DNA from: Thermodesulfobacteriota bacterium
Lineage (GTDB): Bacteria > Desulfobacterota_D > UBA1144 > Nemesobacterales > UBA2774
Assembly (NCBI GenBank): GCA_965223335.1
Contig: OZ244991.1
Span: forward strand, 1,792,001-1,856,000
Length of the DNA: 64,000 nt
Reading direction: 5' to 3'
In this document: one piece after another, positions 28,858 through 38,163 of the stretch
Numbering within the stretch: position 1 is the first letter of the stretch
How the letters are laid out: the number at the start of each line of letters is the position of its first letter
Notes under the pieces: model-generated
Databases searched by the model: none
Told to the model about the DNA's origin: nothing
The model's input: only the letters and a program-made list of their open reading frames with translations
Made by a program: the position numbers and the translations under genes

Positions 28858-30522
28858 TTAGAGGGCAATTTTTTGTTGACTCTCACTACCGTAAGGCACT
28901 ACACCTAGCTTCTCCTCGAGTAGGCCGAGCAGCGAGGGGATAGAGTCTTTCTTTAATGCCGAGATAACCGGCGAGCCGTAGATTCGTCTTAGGGTTTTAG
29001 CAAGTTCCCCACTTACCAAATCACCTTTATTGAATACCAAAAGTCTTGGGATGGAGCCGTATCCGGTTTCATCTAAAATCTTTTCCACAGACTCGATGCG
29101 ATTATCCATTAGCGGGTCGCTCGCATCTGCTACGTGAAGCAAGAGCGATGAGCCTCCCAACTCTTCTAATGTGGCTTTAAAGGCGCTAATGAGCTCATGG
29201 GGAAGGTCGCTTATGAAGCCCACGGTGTCGGTGACCAATATATCTTTACCGCCCGGAAGCCTTATTTTGCGCGTAGTGGGGCTCAGTGTGGAAAATAGTT
29301 TGTTCTCTACAATAACACCACTTTTCGTAAGCAAATTAAACAGGGTTGATTTCCCGACATTTGTGTAGCCTACGAAGGTGACGGTCGGTATACCAGTCTC
29401 GATTCTCTTCTTGCGAGTGTGTTCCCTTCTTGTGCTAAGTTCCTTAATCTGCTTCTCTAGCTGGTCTATCTGTTTGCGAATTTTTCTGCGCTGCTCCTCG
29501 AGCTTTTTCTCACCCGGCCCTCTGGTACCGATCCCCCCGCCCAGCTGTGAGAGCTCTATGCCTCGTCCCACAAGTCTCGGCAGGTTGTATCTGAGCTCTG
29601 CGAGCCTTACCTGCAGTTTACCCTCGCTTGTTGTGGCGTGTTTTGCGAATATCTGCAAGATGAGCTGTGTGCGGTCCATCACTTCTAGGTCGGTTTCCTC
29701 GGATATGGACTTTACCTGTGCTGGGGTTAGTTCAACATCAAATATTATTCTCTCGGCACCTACGTGTTGCGCGCTTAGTATGATCTCTCTTAGCTTGCCC
29801 TTGCCGACCAGGTACCTGGGGTCGATATTTCTTCGAATCTGTACTGTGGTATCGAGCACGACTTTATCGGCCGACTCTGCGAGTGAAGCCAGCTCATCCA
29901 CGGACTCCTGAGCGTCCGACCTGTATTTCGTGTGGAACCCCACCAGCATTACACCTTCTTTGTTGCTCTTTCCGCCCAGTTCGTAGTAGCTCTGTTCTAA
30001 GCCCGACTCTATATCCCTTATAAACTCGTCTAGGCCCTGGTCTATGCGTCCGAGGTCGTTGTATGTAGTGATCTGCCATTTCTCTTTGTGACTATTGGGC
30101 GGGACGATTGATGCAACCTGAAACCTGCCGGGGGCTCCTTTGTCCTTTACCTCTAAGAGCCCGACAAAATCGAGACGTTCGTTTAAAAGTGTTACTAGGT
30201 CCGACTGGCTTAGCTCGGGGTTTTTTGTGTGAGTGTGTACGAGTCTAAGCCCGCGCAGTCTGTATTTGGCCTCTCTTGACCTGCCTATTAGCTCTGCAAA
30301 CGGTATATCGACGCTGTCCCCTATAAATACCACACGCACCTTTCCCTTCCTGTCTATGAGCAGTGAAAGACCCCTGCCTGTGTCCTCTGTGAGGCGTGCC
30401 AGTGTTCTGCCTAATTCTAATGTGATGAACTCTTTTGGAGGGATTTTTCTTCTGTAAAGTCTAAGCAGGTTGTTCTTGTTGTTCTTTGTTATTCCAGACG
30501 TATTGCCAAATAATTTCGGTAT
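28858..30522 (-). CDS. hflX: GTPase HflX, probable ATA start at 30522
   Basis: GYTNVGKS, DTVGF, NKGD G-motifs; GIGTRGPGE; frame open 61 codons upstream of the GTG at 30339. Confidence 0.93.
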   Translation of the reverse strand: MPKLFGNTSGITKNNKNNLLRLYRRKIPPKEFITLELGRTLARLTEDTGRGLSLLIDRKGKVRVVFIGDSVDIPFAELIGRSREAKYRLRGLRLVHTHTKNPELSQSDLVTLLNERLDFVGLLEVKDKGAPGRFQVASIVPPNSHKEKWQITTYNDLGRIDQGLDEFIRDIESGLEQSYYELGGKSNKEGVMLVGFHTKYRSDAQESVDELASLAESADKVVLDTTVQIRRNIDPRYLVGKGKLREIILSAQHVGAERIIFDVELTPAQVKSISEETDLEVMDRTQLILQIFAKHATTSEGKLQVRLAELRYNLPRLVGRGIELSQLGGGIGTRGPGEKKLEEQRRKIRKQIDQLEKQIKELSTRREHTRKKRIETGIPTVTFVGYTNVGKSTLFNLLTKSGVIVENKLFSTLSPTTRKIRLPGGKDILVTDTVGFISDLPHELISAFKATLEELGGSSLLLHVADASDPLMDNRIESVEKILDETGYGSIPRLLVFNKGDLVSGELAKTLRRIYGSPVISALKKDSIPSLLGLLEEKLGVVPYGSESQQKIAL

Positions 30523-30635
30523 ATTCAGTACCCCCTAAAACTGTAAAAAACTCCTTATATTTATAATGTAATTCCTTGTATGAATCAGTCAAGCGCTGCT
30601 TTACCTATTGATGAGTACTATTATAATAGATCGAT

Positions 30636-31874
30636 ATGATAAACGCTACGTATTTGATTATAGGAGCCGGACCGGCAGGGGCCTCTGCGGTAAGGGGTAT
30701 AAGACAATCGGACAAAGAGTCCGAGATCGTAGTTGTAGGCAAGGAGTCGGAGCGTACATACTCGCTGCCACTGCTCTCAAAGGGCTATATACAGGGGCGT
30801 TATCCCAAAGAAAAACTCTACCTGGTTAAAGAGGACTTTTTTGAGAATAACAATGCCAGGTTTATAAATGGCACCGGTGCCAAGAGTATAGACTGCTCTG
30901 AAAAAACCGTTGAGCTAGAGAACAGAAAAACAATAAAATACGAAAAACTGCTCCTAGCCACGGGTGCAAGCCCCCGGACGTTCGATGTGCCCGTGGGTAC
31001 TAGGGGGATCTATTATCTGCGAACATTGGGGGATGCCGATCAGATCATTAAAGCTGCGGGTACAGGTAAAAGTGCGATTGTCATCGGGGGCAGTTTTATA
31101 GGGGTTGAGCTTGCGTGTGCTCTAAAGGAGATAGGGGTCGGTGTAAAGCTGCTAATGCTCGAGGATTATGTGTTTCAAACCCTCTTGCCCGAAGAGTTCG
31201 GTATGTCTCTAAACGATATATTGATCGACCATGGTGTGGAGGTCATTGCAAATGCGAGCGTAGACGAGCTTGTGATCGAGGGCGGAGTTGCCAGGGGCAT
31301 AAGGACCATAGACGGGCAGAGTTGTAGTGCTGATTTTATTTGTGCGGGGATAGGTGTTGTGCTCAACATCGGGTACCTGGGGGGATCGGGTGTGTCTGTA
31401 AACAAAGGGGTTTTGGTTAACCGGTATCTCGAGACCAGTGTGGAGGGAGTTTATGCCGCAGGTGATTTGGCGGAGTATGAAGATATTGTGTTGGGTCGCA
31501 CCCACATGGTAGGTCATATAGAGAGTGCCCAGGCACAGGGCAGGCAGGCTGGCAATAATATGGCAGGGGCAAAAGAGGCTTATGCACAGGTCACAGGATA
31601 CGATACGGAGATATTCGGTGACAGGCTTATTTTTCTGGGCGATCTCAACTATGCCGAGAAATATGTCACGAGGGGAGACACGCTCGGGAAGACCGGCTGC
31701 ATTGGACTCAGGGACGGTAAAATCGTCGGGGTCTATTTGATAAACCCAAAGGGTAAGGATATGAGAGGGGCACGGGAGCTCTTTGGTTTAACGGTTGAGC
31801 AGACCGGACAGGTTATCGATGAACTTAAGAACCCCGAGGCGGGTATTCTAAGCGTGGTTAAGAGCCTGGAGTAA
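30636..31874 (+). CDS. FAD/NAD(P)-dependent oxidoreductase (ferredoxin reductase-like)
   Basis: GAGPAG, LLATGA, GGSFIGVE, YAAGD motifs. Confidence 0.9.
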   Translation: MINATYLIIGAGPAGASAVRGIRQSDKESEIVVVGKESERTYSLPLLSKGYIQGRYPKEKLYLVKEDFFENNNARFINGTGAKSIDCSEKTVELENRKTIKYEKLLLATGASPRTFDVPVGTRGIYYLRTLGDADQIIKAAGTGKSAIVIGGSFIGVELACALKEIGVGVKLLMLEDYVFQTLLPEEFGMSLNDILIDHGVEVIANASVDELVIEGGVARGIRTIDGQSCSADFICAGIGVVLNIGYLGGSGVSVNKGVLVNRYLETSVEGVYAAGDLAEYEDIVLGRTHMVGHIESAQAQGRQAGNNMAGAKEAYAQVTGYDTEIFGDRLIFLGDLNYAEKYVTRGDTLGKTGCIGLRDGKIVGVYLINPKGKDMRGARELFGLTVEQTGQVIDELKNPEAGILSVVKSLE

Positions 31875-32110
31875 GGCAGATTAACCCTGAGAGGGTGTGG
31901 TGGTGTGTTGTTTTTACTAAGGTGATAATATCACGTGTGTAAGTGATGCTAGAAATACAATTGAAAAAATTAAGATAATTACACCACCAATATATTTTGC
32001 GCCTTCGATTTCATGTTTTTCCATAACAGGGGGGATTATAACAGTTCCACCGACTTTGTAAATAACTCGATCTTCTTGAATTAATTGCACTTTTTGTTAA
32101 CGTATAAAGT

Positions 32111-33007
32111 ATGGTCGAATATGTAAATCCTTTCTTTAGACCGCCCAGTGAGGCAAAGAGTTTCATACTCCAAGCCACTGTGGGGTGCTCGCACAATAAC
32201 TGCACCTACTGCGCAATGTATAGGAAGGAAGAGCAGAGATTTCGTGTGCGCCCTATGGATGAGATTAAGGCGATCATAGACACTGCGGCGAGCGAGGGTT
32301 TGATTACGGACAGGGTTTTTATTGCGGACGGCAACGCCTTGGTCCTCTCGCAGAACAAACTAATCGAAATCATGGATTACTTGCGCAATAAATGCCCCGG
32401 TATCGAGAGGATAAGGATGTATGCAAACATCGGCGACATCCTTAGGAAGGGGGCGGAGAACCTAAAGGAGCTAAAACAGCTCGGTTTAGACATGGTGTAC
32501 ATAGGGTTTGAGAGCGGGGATGATCTAGTGCTAGAGCGCATTAAGAAAGGTGCGGATTATGAGCAGACCGTACGAGCGTCGGGGTTTTTAAAGGAAGCGG
32601 GCATCAAAAACTCGGCCATGGTTCTACTCGGAATGGGAGGGGTGGAAAGATCTGAGCCCCATGCCATTGCCACTGGGAAATTGCTCACGGACTCTGACCC
32701 CGAGTATGTGGGGGCGCTTAGCCTTCAGGTTCGCCCGGGGGCACCTTTATACGAAGAGTGGAAAAGCGGGACATTTCGACTACCACACAAGTTTCAACTC
32801 ATTCGAGAGCTTGAGCTCATTGTCGAGAACACGGAGCTTACTGACGGCTATTTTTACGCTAATCACATATCGAATTATCTACCTATAAAAGCCAAGTTTC
32901 CCGAGGACAAGCAGCAGGTGCTAGAAGAGATCAGAGCAGTGCTGGCCCAAAAAGACGAGTCAATGTTAAGGCCGGATTATTACCGCGATGTAATTAATCA
33001 GTACTAA
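32111..33007 (+). CDS. Radical SAM protein
   Basis: CSHNNCTYC CxxxCxxC motif; GFESGD. Confidence 0.92.
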   Translation: MVEYVNPFFRPPSEAKSFILQATVGCSHNNCTYCAMYRKEEQRFRVRPMDEIKAIIDTAASEGLITDRVFIADGNALVLSQNKLIEIMDYLRNKCPGIERIRMYANIGDILRKGAENLKELKQLGLDMVYIGFESGDDLVLERIKKGADYEQTVRASGFLKEAGIKNSAMVLLGMGGVERSEPHAIATGKLLTDSDPEYVGALSLQVRPGAPLYEEWKSGTFRLPHKFQLIRELELIVENTELTDGYFYANHISNYLPIKAKFPEDKQQVLEEIRAVLAQKDESMLRPDYYRDVINQY

Positions 33008-33042
33008 ATACCAATATTACCAATATAACGGAGGGGTATGCT

Positions 33043-33984
33043 ATGGACCGAATTGCGACAATATCACCCGTTTGGGGATGTAGTGTAGAAGACTTGAGGG
33101 CACTTGCAAAAGAGGCCGAATCGGCAGGGTTCGAGGCCATATTATCGCCCGAAGTGCCGCCCTATAGCGCTTTATCGAACGCACAGGTATTTGCAGAGGC
33201 GGCTCCGAATATACGTGTCGGAACATGGATTACTAACATATATATGAAGCAGCCCGTAGTGACTGCTGCGGAATCCCTTACCATACAAGAGGTTAGTCAA
33301 GGTAAAATGATGCTTGGTCTCGGCGTGAGCCATAAGCCCGTAAACGACCGTTATGGCATTGAAATGGGAGATCCCATAGATAGCATGAGGAACTATGTGA
33401 CTGCTGTTAGGTCTTTTGCAGACGGCAGTTCGCCTGCACTTACACTGAAGCGTGAGTTGCCGGGGTTCCCAATATACATAGCTGGTTTAACCCGGGGAGC
33501 ATCTACGCTTGCTGGTGAGGTCGCCGACGGCCTAATGCCCTATATGGCGACACCCGAGTACATGAAAGAGTTAATAGAAAATGTAGCAGAGGGTGCAACT
33601 AAAGTAGGTAGAGACCCGGCCGACATCGATATTACAAGCGGTATACCGTCCTTTGTATCCGATGACCTGGATGCGGCGCGAAAATCTGCTAAAAGAGGGT
33701 TAAGCGGTTATGCGAGGTTCCCGTTTTATCAGAGAATGATTACGAACATTGGGTTTGGTGATGTCGTAGAGAAGATTAAAGGTGGTGAGAATCCTGCAGA
33801 TGTATTCACCGATGAATTGGTTGATGCATTTGCGCTTGTGGGCCCGCCCGAGCGCTGTCGTGAGAGGCTTGAGGTCCATAGGCAGGCAGGGGTTAAGCTG
33901 CCTATCATAGTGCCTGGGCCTGTTGGGAAACAGAGCAACCTGGAGGTTATGAAAACTACTGTCTCTACCTATGGGAACTCGTAG
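33043..33984 (+). CDS. LLM class flavin-dependent oxidoreductase
   Basis: AESAGF, LGLGVSH, PIYIAG, AGEVADG, LVGPPE luciferase-like motifs. Confidence 0.88.
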   Translation: MDRIATISPVWGCSVEDLRALAKEAESAGFEAILSPEVPPYSALSNAQVFAEAAPNIRVGTWITNIYMKQPVVTAAESLTIQEVSQGKMMLGLGVSHKPVNDRYGIEMGDPIDSMRNYVTAVRSFADGSSPALTLKRELPGFPIYIAGLTRGASTLAGEVADGLMPYMATPEYMKELIENVAEGATKVGRDPADIDITSGIPSFVSDDLDAARKSAKRGLSGYARFPFYQRMITNIGFGDVVEKIKGGENPADVFTDELVDAFALVGPPERCRERLEVHRQAGVKLPIIVPGPVGKQSNLEVMKTTVSTYGNS

Positions 33985-34221
33985 AGCTACCTAAGTATCC
34001 AAAGGTCTAGTTCACTGTTTTCATCCGTGCTGTTGATGCATACAAATTGGAGAGCTATATTCAATTTGTATGGATTGAATCAATGTTTTTTTCTTAGACT
34101 CTTTCGCGCAAGTTTAAATAAGAAATAATATTGCTTGGTATCTTTTTTTTATTAAGGTACATTAGGTTGGGGGGGCTATAAAGCGGATCTTCAAATTAAT
34201 TAATAAATTGTAGAAGGAGGT

Positions 34222-34980
34222 ATGTTCATTATGAGTAGTATGAGCAAACTGTTTTTATTACTATGTGCCGGGCTCTTTGTAACGGGATTGTCCGGCTGCC
34301 CTCAGCAGCAAGAGCAAGCTGAGGATACGGTTGTCGAAGAAGTACAGGAAGAGATGGTAGATACAGCGGGCGAAGCTGCAGATGAAGCAGCTGACACAGC
34401 CACCGATGCAGCCGATGACGCCATGGACTCTGCCACGGATGCTGCCCAGGATGCAGCTGACTCAGCTACAGACGCCGCAGATGATGCCATGGACTCAGCC
34501 ACGGATGCTGCCCAGGATGCAGCTGACTCAGCTACAGACGCCGCAGATGATGCCATGGACTCAGCCACGGATGCTGCCCAGGATGCAGCTGACTCAGCTA
34601 CAGAAGCTGCCGATGACGCCATGGACTCAGCCACGGATGCTGCCCAGGATGCAGCTGACTCAGCTACAGAAGCTGCGGATGACGCCATGGACTCAGCCAC
34701 GGATGCTGCCCAGGATGCAGCTGACTCAGCTACAGAAGCTGCCGATGACGCCATGGACTCAGCCACGGATGCTGCCCAGGATGCAGCTGACTCAGCTACA
34801 GAAGCTGCGGATGACGCCATGGACTCAGCCACCGATGCTGCCCAGGATGCAGCCGATTCAGCAACAGACGCCGCAGATGATGCAATGGACTCTGCAACAG
34901 ACGCAGCAGATGATGCAATGGACTCAGCCACGGATGCTGCCCAGGATGCTATGGATTCGGCGACAGAACCAGCTCATTGA
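34222..34980 (+). CDS. Acidic lipoprotein with 11-residue tandem repeats
   Basis: AGGAGG SD, lipobox LSGC, 17 DSAT(D/E)AA(Q/D)DA(A/M)-type repeats. Confidence 0.85.
   Translation: MFIMSSMSKLFLLLCAGLFVTGLSGCPQQQEQAEDTVVEEVQEEMVDTAGEAADEAADTATDAADDAMDSATDAAQDAADSATDAADDAMDSATDAAQDAADSATDAADDAMDSATDAAQDAADSATEAADDAMDSATDAAQDAADSATEAADDAMDSATDAAQDAADSATEAADDAMDSATDAAQDAADSATEAADDAMDSATDAAQDAADSATDAADDAMDSATDAADDAMDSATDAAQDAMDSATEPAH
34360..34965 (+). repeat. Coding tandem repeat, 33-bp units paired into near-identical 66-bp units
   Basis: Repeated GACTCAGCCACGGATGCTGCCCAGGATGCAGCT / GACTCAGCTACAGAAGCTGCCGATGACGCCATG. Confidence 0.95.
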
Positions 34981-35077
34981 TAGCCGACTAATAGCAATAA
35001 TGTGATAATCAACTTGGTATGTAATTTTGTTGATTAGCTTTACAAACTAGCTTTGACGTAATATTGAAAACTAAGAG

Positions 35078-35116
35078 GTGGGAGACAGAAGCAAAGCTTT
35101 GTCTCCCGCTTTATTT
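35078..35116 (+). terminator. Rho-independent terminator after the repeat lipoprotein
   Basis: GTGGGAGACAGAAGC-AAA-GCTTTGTCTCCCGC hairpin followed by TTTATTT. Confidence 0.7.
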
Positions 35117-35175
35117 GTTCACGAAGTCCTTCCTATACTTGCTAAAGGCAAGTTCCAAAGATAGATTATCTTAAT

Positions 35176-35406
35176 ATGGCGTCGTTCGAAGACTCTTTGA
35201 CCAAACTAAAAGAAATTATTGAACAATTAGAGACCGGTAACCTCACACTCGAGGAGTCCATAAAACTCTTTGAACAGGGTACAAAGCTCATATCGACCTC
35301 TCACAAAAAACTCTCCGAGATCGAAAAGAAAATACAGATTTTGACTGAAAACAAAGACGGCCAAGATGTGGTCCAAGACTTTGAACCGGAAGATGAGGAC
35401 TCATGA
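35176..35406 (+). CDS. xseB: Exodeoxyribonuclease VII small subunit
   Basis: SFEDSL..L.EII..LE.G.LTLEESIKLFEQG. Confidence 0.95.
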   Translation: MASFEDSLTKLKEIIEQLETGNLTLEESIKLFEQGTKLISTSHKKLSEIEKKIQILTENKDGQDVVQDFEPEDEDS

Positions 35407-36299
35407 GTACCGATATCTCTTTGTATCTTGCCTCATTACGTGAAGTTATTGATAAGGAACTGGACGGGATCTTAAGCCGTGCCGACCACCCGGTTATCAA
35501 TATCCAAGAATCTATGCGCTACAGTGTTATGGCAGGGGGCAAGCGGCTAAGGCCCATACTGTGCATCTCTGCGTGTGAGGCGCTCGGTGGGCAGCTCTCA
35601 AAAATTCTACCTATAGCCTGTGCCATAGAGATGGTCCACACCTACTCACTTATCCATGACGATCTGCCCTCCATGGACGATGATTCCCTAAGGAGAGGGC
35701 AGCCTACCAACCATACCGTATACGGTGAGGCCACGGCGATTCTGGCGGGGGATGGGCTGTTGACGGATGCATTTTCATTAATAGCCCAAGAGGGTATAAA
35801 CCGCGGGGTTAGTGACGGGGTAGTGATCAAGGTCATATCCACGCTCGCAGGTGCTATTGGCTCGGGGGGCATGATTAAAGGGCAGGCGCTCGATCTTGCG
35901 ATAGAGGGCAGGGACGACATTGAGCTCGGGGAGCTAGAGCAGATGCATGCACTCAAGACCGGGGCCCTTATTGAGGCATCCGTTGCCATAGGCGGCTATG
36001 TTGCGGGAGGTGGTGATAGGCAAATAGAAAAACTCAAAAACTACGGACGGAGTGTGGGGTTGGCATTTCAAATAATAGACGATGTGATAGACGAGGAAGG
36101 AGGGGCCAGGACCGGGAAACTAAAAGGTGCGGATAAGAGGAAAAACAAAGTTACCTATACTCAACTCATGGGTGTTGAGCAATCCAGGCAGAGTGCTAAA
36201 GCACTTACCGAAAGGGCGATCTCTGAGATCGAGTTCTTAAACAGTTCGGCCCCACGGCTTAGAGAGATAGCTATCTACCTTGGAGACAGGGACCATTAA
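35403..36299 (+). CDS. ispA: Farnesyl/geranylgeranyl diphosphate synthase
   Basis: GGKRLRP, HDDLPSMDDDSLRRG, KTGAL, FQIIDD. Confidence 0.95.
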   Translation: MSTDISLYLASLREVIDKELDGILSRADHPVINIQESMRYSVMAGGKRLRPILCISACEALGGQLSKILPIACAIEMVHTYSLIHDDLPSMDDDSLRRGQPTNHTVYGEATAILAGDGLLTDAFSLIAQEGINRGVSDGVVIKVISTLAGAIGSGGMIKGQALDLAIEGRDDIELGELEQMHALKTGALIEASVAIGGYVAGGGDRQIEKLKNYGRSVGLAFQIIDDVIDEEGGARTGKLKGADKRKNKVTYTQLMGVEQSRQSAKALTERAISEIEFLNSSAPRLREIAIYLGDRDH

Positions 36300-37035
36300 A
36301 AGCGAGAAAAAACGACTAGACCTGACCCTGGTTGAACGTGGGCTTGTTCCCACAAGGAGTAAGGCGAGTGCCCTTATTATGGAGGGCAGGGTTGCGGTTG
36401 ACGGCAACACTGTAGATAAATCAGGTGCACTGGTAAAAGAGAGCTCAGTAATTGAGATCAGTGATGACGAACGCAGGTTTGTAAGCAGGGGCGGGCGGAA
36501 GCTCGAGCATGCACTTGCCGAGTTTGATATCGATACCCAAGACAAAATAGCCATTGACATAGGGGCCTCTACAGGCGGCTTTACCGACTGCCTATTACAA
36601 CGCGGTGCAAAAAAAGTATATGCGGTCGATGTGGGTTATGGTCAGCTTGACTGGACCCTTCGCAACGACGAGCGCGTGGTGGTAATGGAAAAAATAAATG
36701 CGCGGCATTTGGTGTCCGAGGATATTGGCGAGCGGGTTGATATAGTTGTGATCGATGTTTCTTTCATTTCCTTGACCAAGGTTATCCCCCCGGCTGCGGG
36801 AGTGTTAAAAAGGGGCGGGGTATTAGTCGCACTCATAAAACCACAGTTCGAGGTAGGGAAAGCAGAGGTGGGGAAGGGCGGTGTTATAAGGGACGAGAGT
36901 AAACGGCAGCGGGTTGTAGAAGCTATTAGAAGCTATTTAGAGGACATGGAGTTTCAAATCATGGGTGTAGTTGAGTCCCCCATATCGGGGGCTAAGGGCA
37001 ACATCGAATACCTTATAGCGGGGAGGTTGAGTTAG
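36280..37035 (+). CDS. tlyA: TlyA family rRNA methyltransferase
   Basis: S4 domain, FVSRGG.KL, DIGASTGGFTDCLLQ, DVSFIS, KPQFE. Confidence 0.95.
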   Translation: METGTIKSEKKRLDLTLVERGLVPTRSKASALIMEGRVAVDGNTVDKSGALVKESSVIEISDDERRFVSRGGRKLEHALAEFDIDTQDKIAIDIGASTGGFTDCLLQRGAKKVYAVDVGYGQLDWTLRNDERVVVMEKINARHLVSEDIGERVDIVVIDVSFISLTKVIPPAAGVLKRGGVLVALIKPQFEVGKAEVGKGGVIRDESKRQRVVEAIRSYLEDMEFQIMGVVESPISGAKGNIEYLIAGRLS

Positions 37036-37062
37036 TAAAGTCCCCGGGGCTCTCGAACTTCG

Positions 37063-37704
37063 TTATTTTCCCCAGTCCGCAAGGAACCTCTCTATCCCTA
37101 TATCGGTTAGCGGGTGTTTTACGAGCTGTTTAAATACCTTATAGGGTATGGTTGCTACGTGTGCTCCTATCTTGGCTGCTTCCACGACGTGGAGGGGGTG
37201 GCGCACACTGGCCACAAGCACCTCGGTCTCTATATCATAGTTTTCAAAGATCTGTACGATCTCTGCAACCATGTTCATCCCTTGCTCGGATATATCGTCC
37301 AGTCTGCCAACAAACGGGCTTACATAGGCCGCCCCGGCTTTAGCGGCAAGAAGCGCCTGTGAGGGTGAAAAGATCAGAGTAACGTTTACCTTTATGCCCT
37401 CTTCGGAAACCAGCTTCGTAGCCTTGAGCCCGTCGTCGGTAAGGGGCATTTTGACCACGACGTGAGGGTTGATCTGGGCCAGTTCCCTTGCTTCTTCAAC
37501 CATTCTCTCAATATCGGTGCTAAGCACCTCTGCACTCACAGGGCCTTTCACTATGTTGCATATCTCGTTTATAAGTTCTTTAAAACCCTTTTGTTCCCCT
37601 TCTTTTGACACCAAACTCGGGTTTGTGGTGACTCCGTCGAGCACTCCATAGCTGGCTGCGTCTATTATTTCATCGAGGTTGGCTGTGTCTAAAAAGAATT
37701 TCAT
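37063..37704 (-). CDS. fsa: Transaldolase / fructose-6-phosphate aldolase family
   Basis: [26 protein letters not shown]. Confidence 0.93.
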   Translation of the reverse strand: MKFFLDTANLDEIIDAASYGVLDGVTTNPSLVSKEGEQKGFKELINEICNIVKGPVSAEVLSTDIERMVEEARELAQINPHVVVKMPLTDDGLKATKLVSEEGIKVNVTLIFSPSQALLAAKAGAAYVSPFVGRLDDISEQGMNMVAEIVQIFENYDIETEVLVASVRHPLHVVEAAKIGAHVATIPYKVFKQLVKHPLTDIGIERFLADWGK

Positions 37705-37796
37705 ATCTGTCTCCCGTTAAGCTGAGCTGGCAATATAACATAAATAAGTACTGTAGTGAAATTTGCAGAATCTAAGTGCAACTGAAAAAATATTAT

Positions 37797-37827
37797 TTGA
37801 CAAATTTTATTTGCCGAGCATTATAAT
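37797..37827 (+). promoter_or_regulatory. Putative rpsT promoter
   Basis: TTGACA-N19-TATAAT upstream of AGGAG SD; spacer longer than optimal. Confidence 0.45.
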
Positions 37828-37859
37828 AACCTCTATTTTCAATGTTAGGAGATTAGATT

Positions 37860-38135
37860 ATGGCACTTAGGATTAAGTCAGGCAAGAAAAGACACCGCCA
37901 GAGTTTGAAGAGAAGGGCAAGGAATACTCACATCAAATCGGGGCTTAAGACCGAGATAAAGAATTTCATGAGTGCGCTTGAAGCAAAGGACCTGGCAAAA
38001 TCCCAAGAGCTGTTGAAAAAAACCGAATCCGCACTGGATAAAGCTGTAACAAAGGGTGTTATGCATAAAAAAACTGCTTCGCGGATGGTTTCAAGATACT
38101 CCAAAAAGGTACACCTTCTATCTCAAACCTCTTAA
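37860..38135 (+). CDS. rpsT: 30S ribosomal protein S20
   Basis: KSGKKRHRQS, DKAVTKGVMHKKTASR; convergent with holA. Confidence 0.95.
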   Translation: MALRIKSGKKRHRQSLKRRARNTHIKSGLKTEIKNFMSALEAKDLAKSQELLKKTESALDKAVTKGVMHKKTASRMVSRYSKKVHLLSQTS

Positions 38136-38163
38136 TCTCCACCCCTCCGGTTAACTAGAACAA

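Noticed and set aside
34360..34965. 33-bp periodic repeat as a CRISPR array
   Set aside because: Units are contiguous and in-frame with no unique spacers; no cas genes
34302..35005. Long antisense ORF (34302-34931) and alternate-frame ORF (34382-35005)
   Set aside because: By-products of a stop-free tandem repeat; only 34222-34980 has an SD and lipoprotein signal
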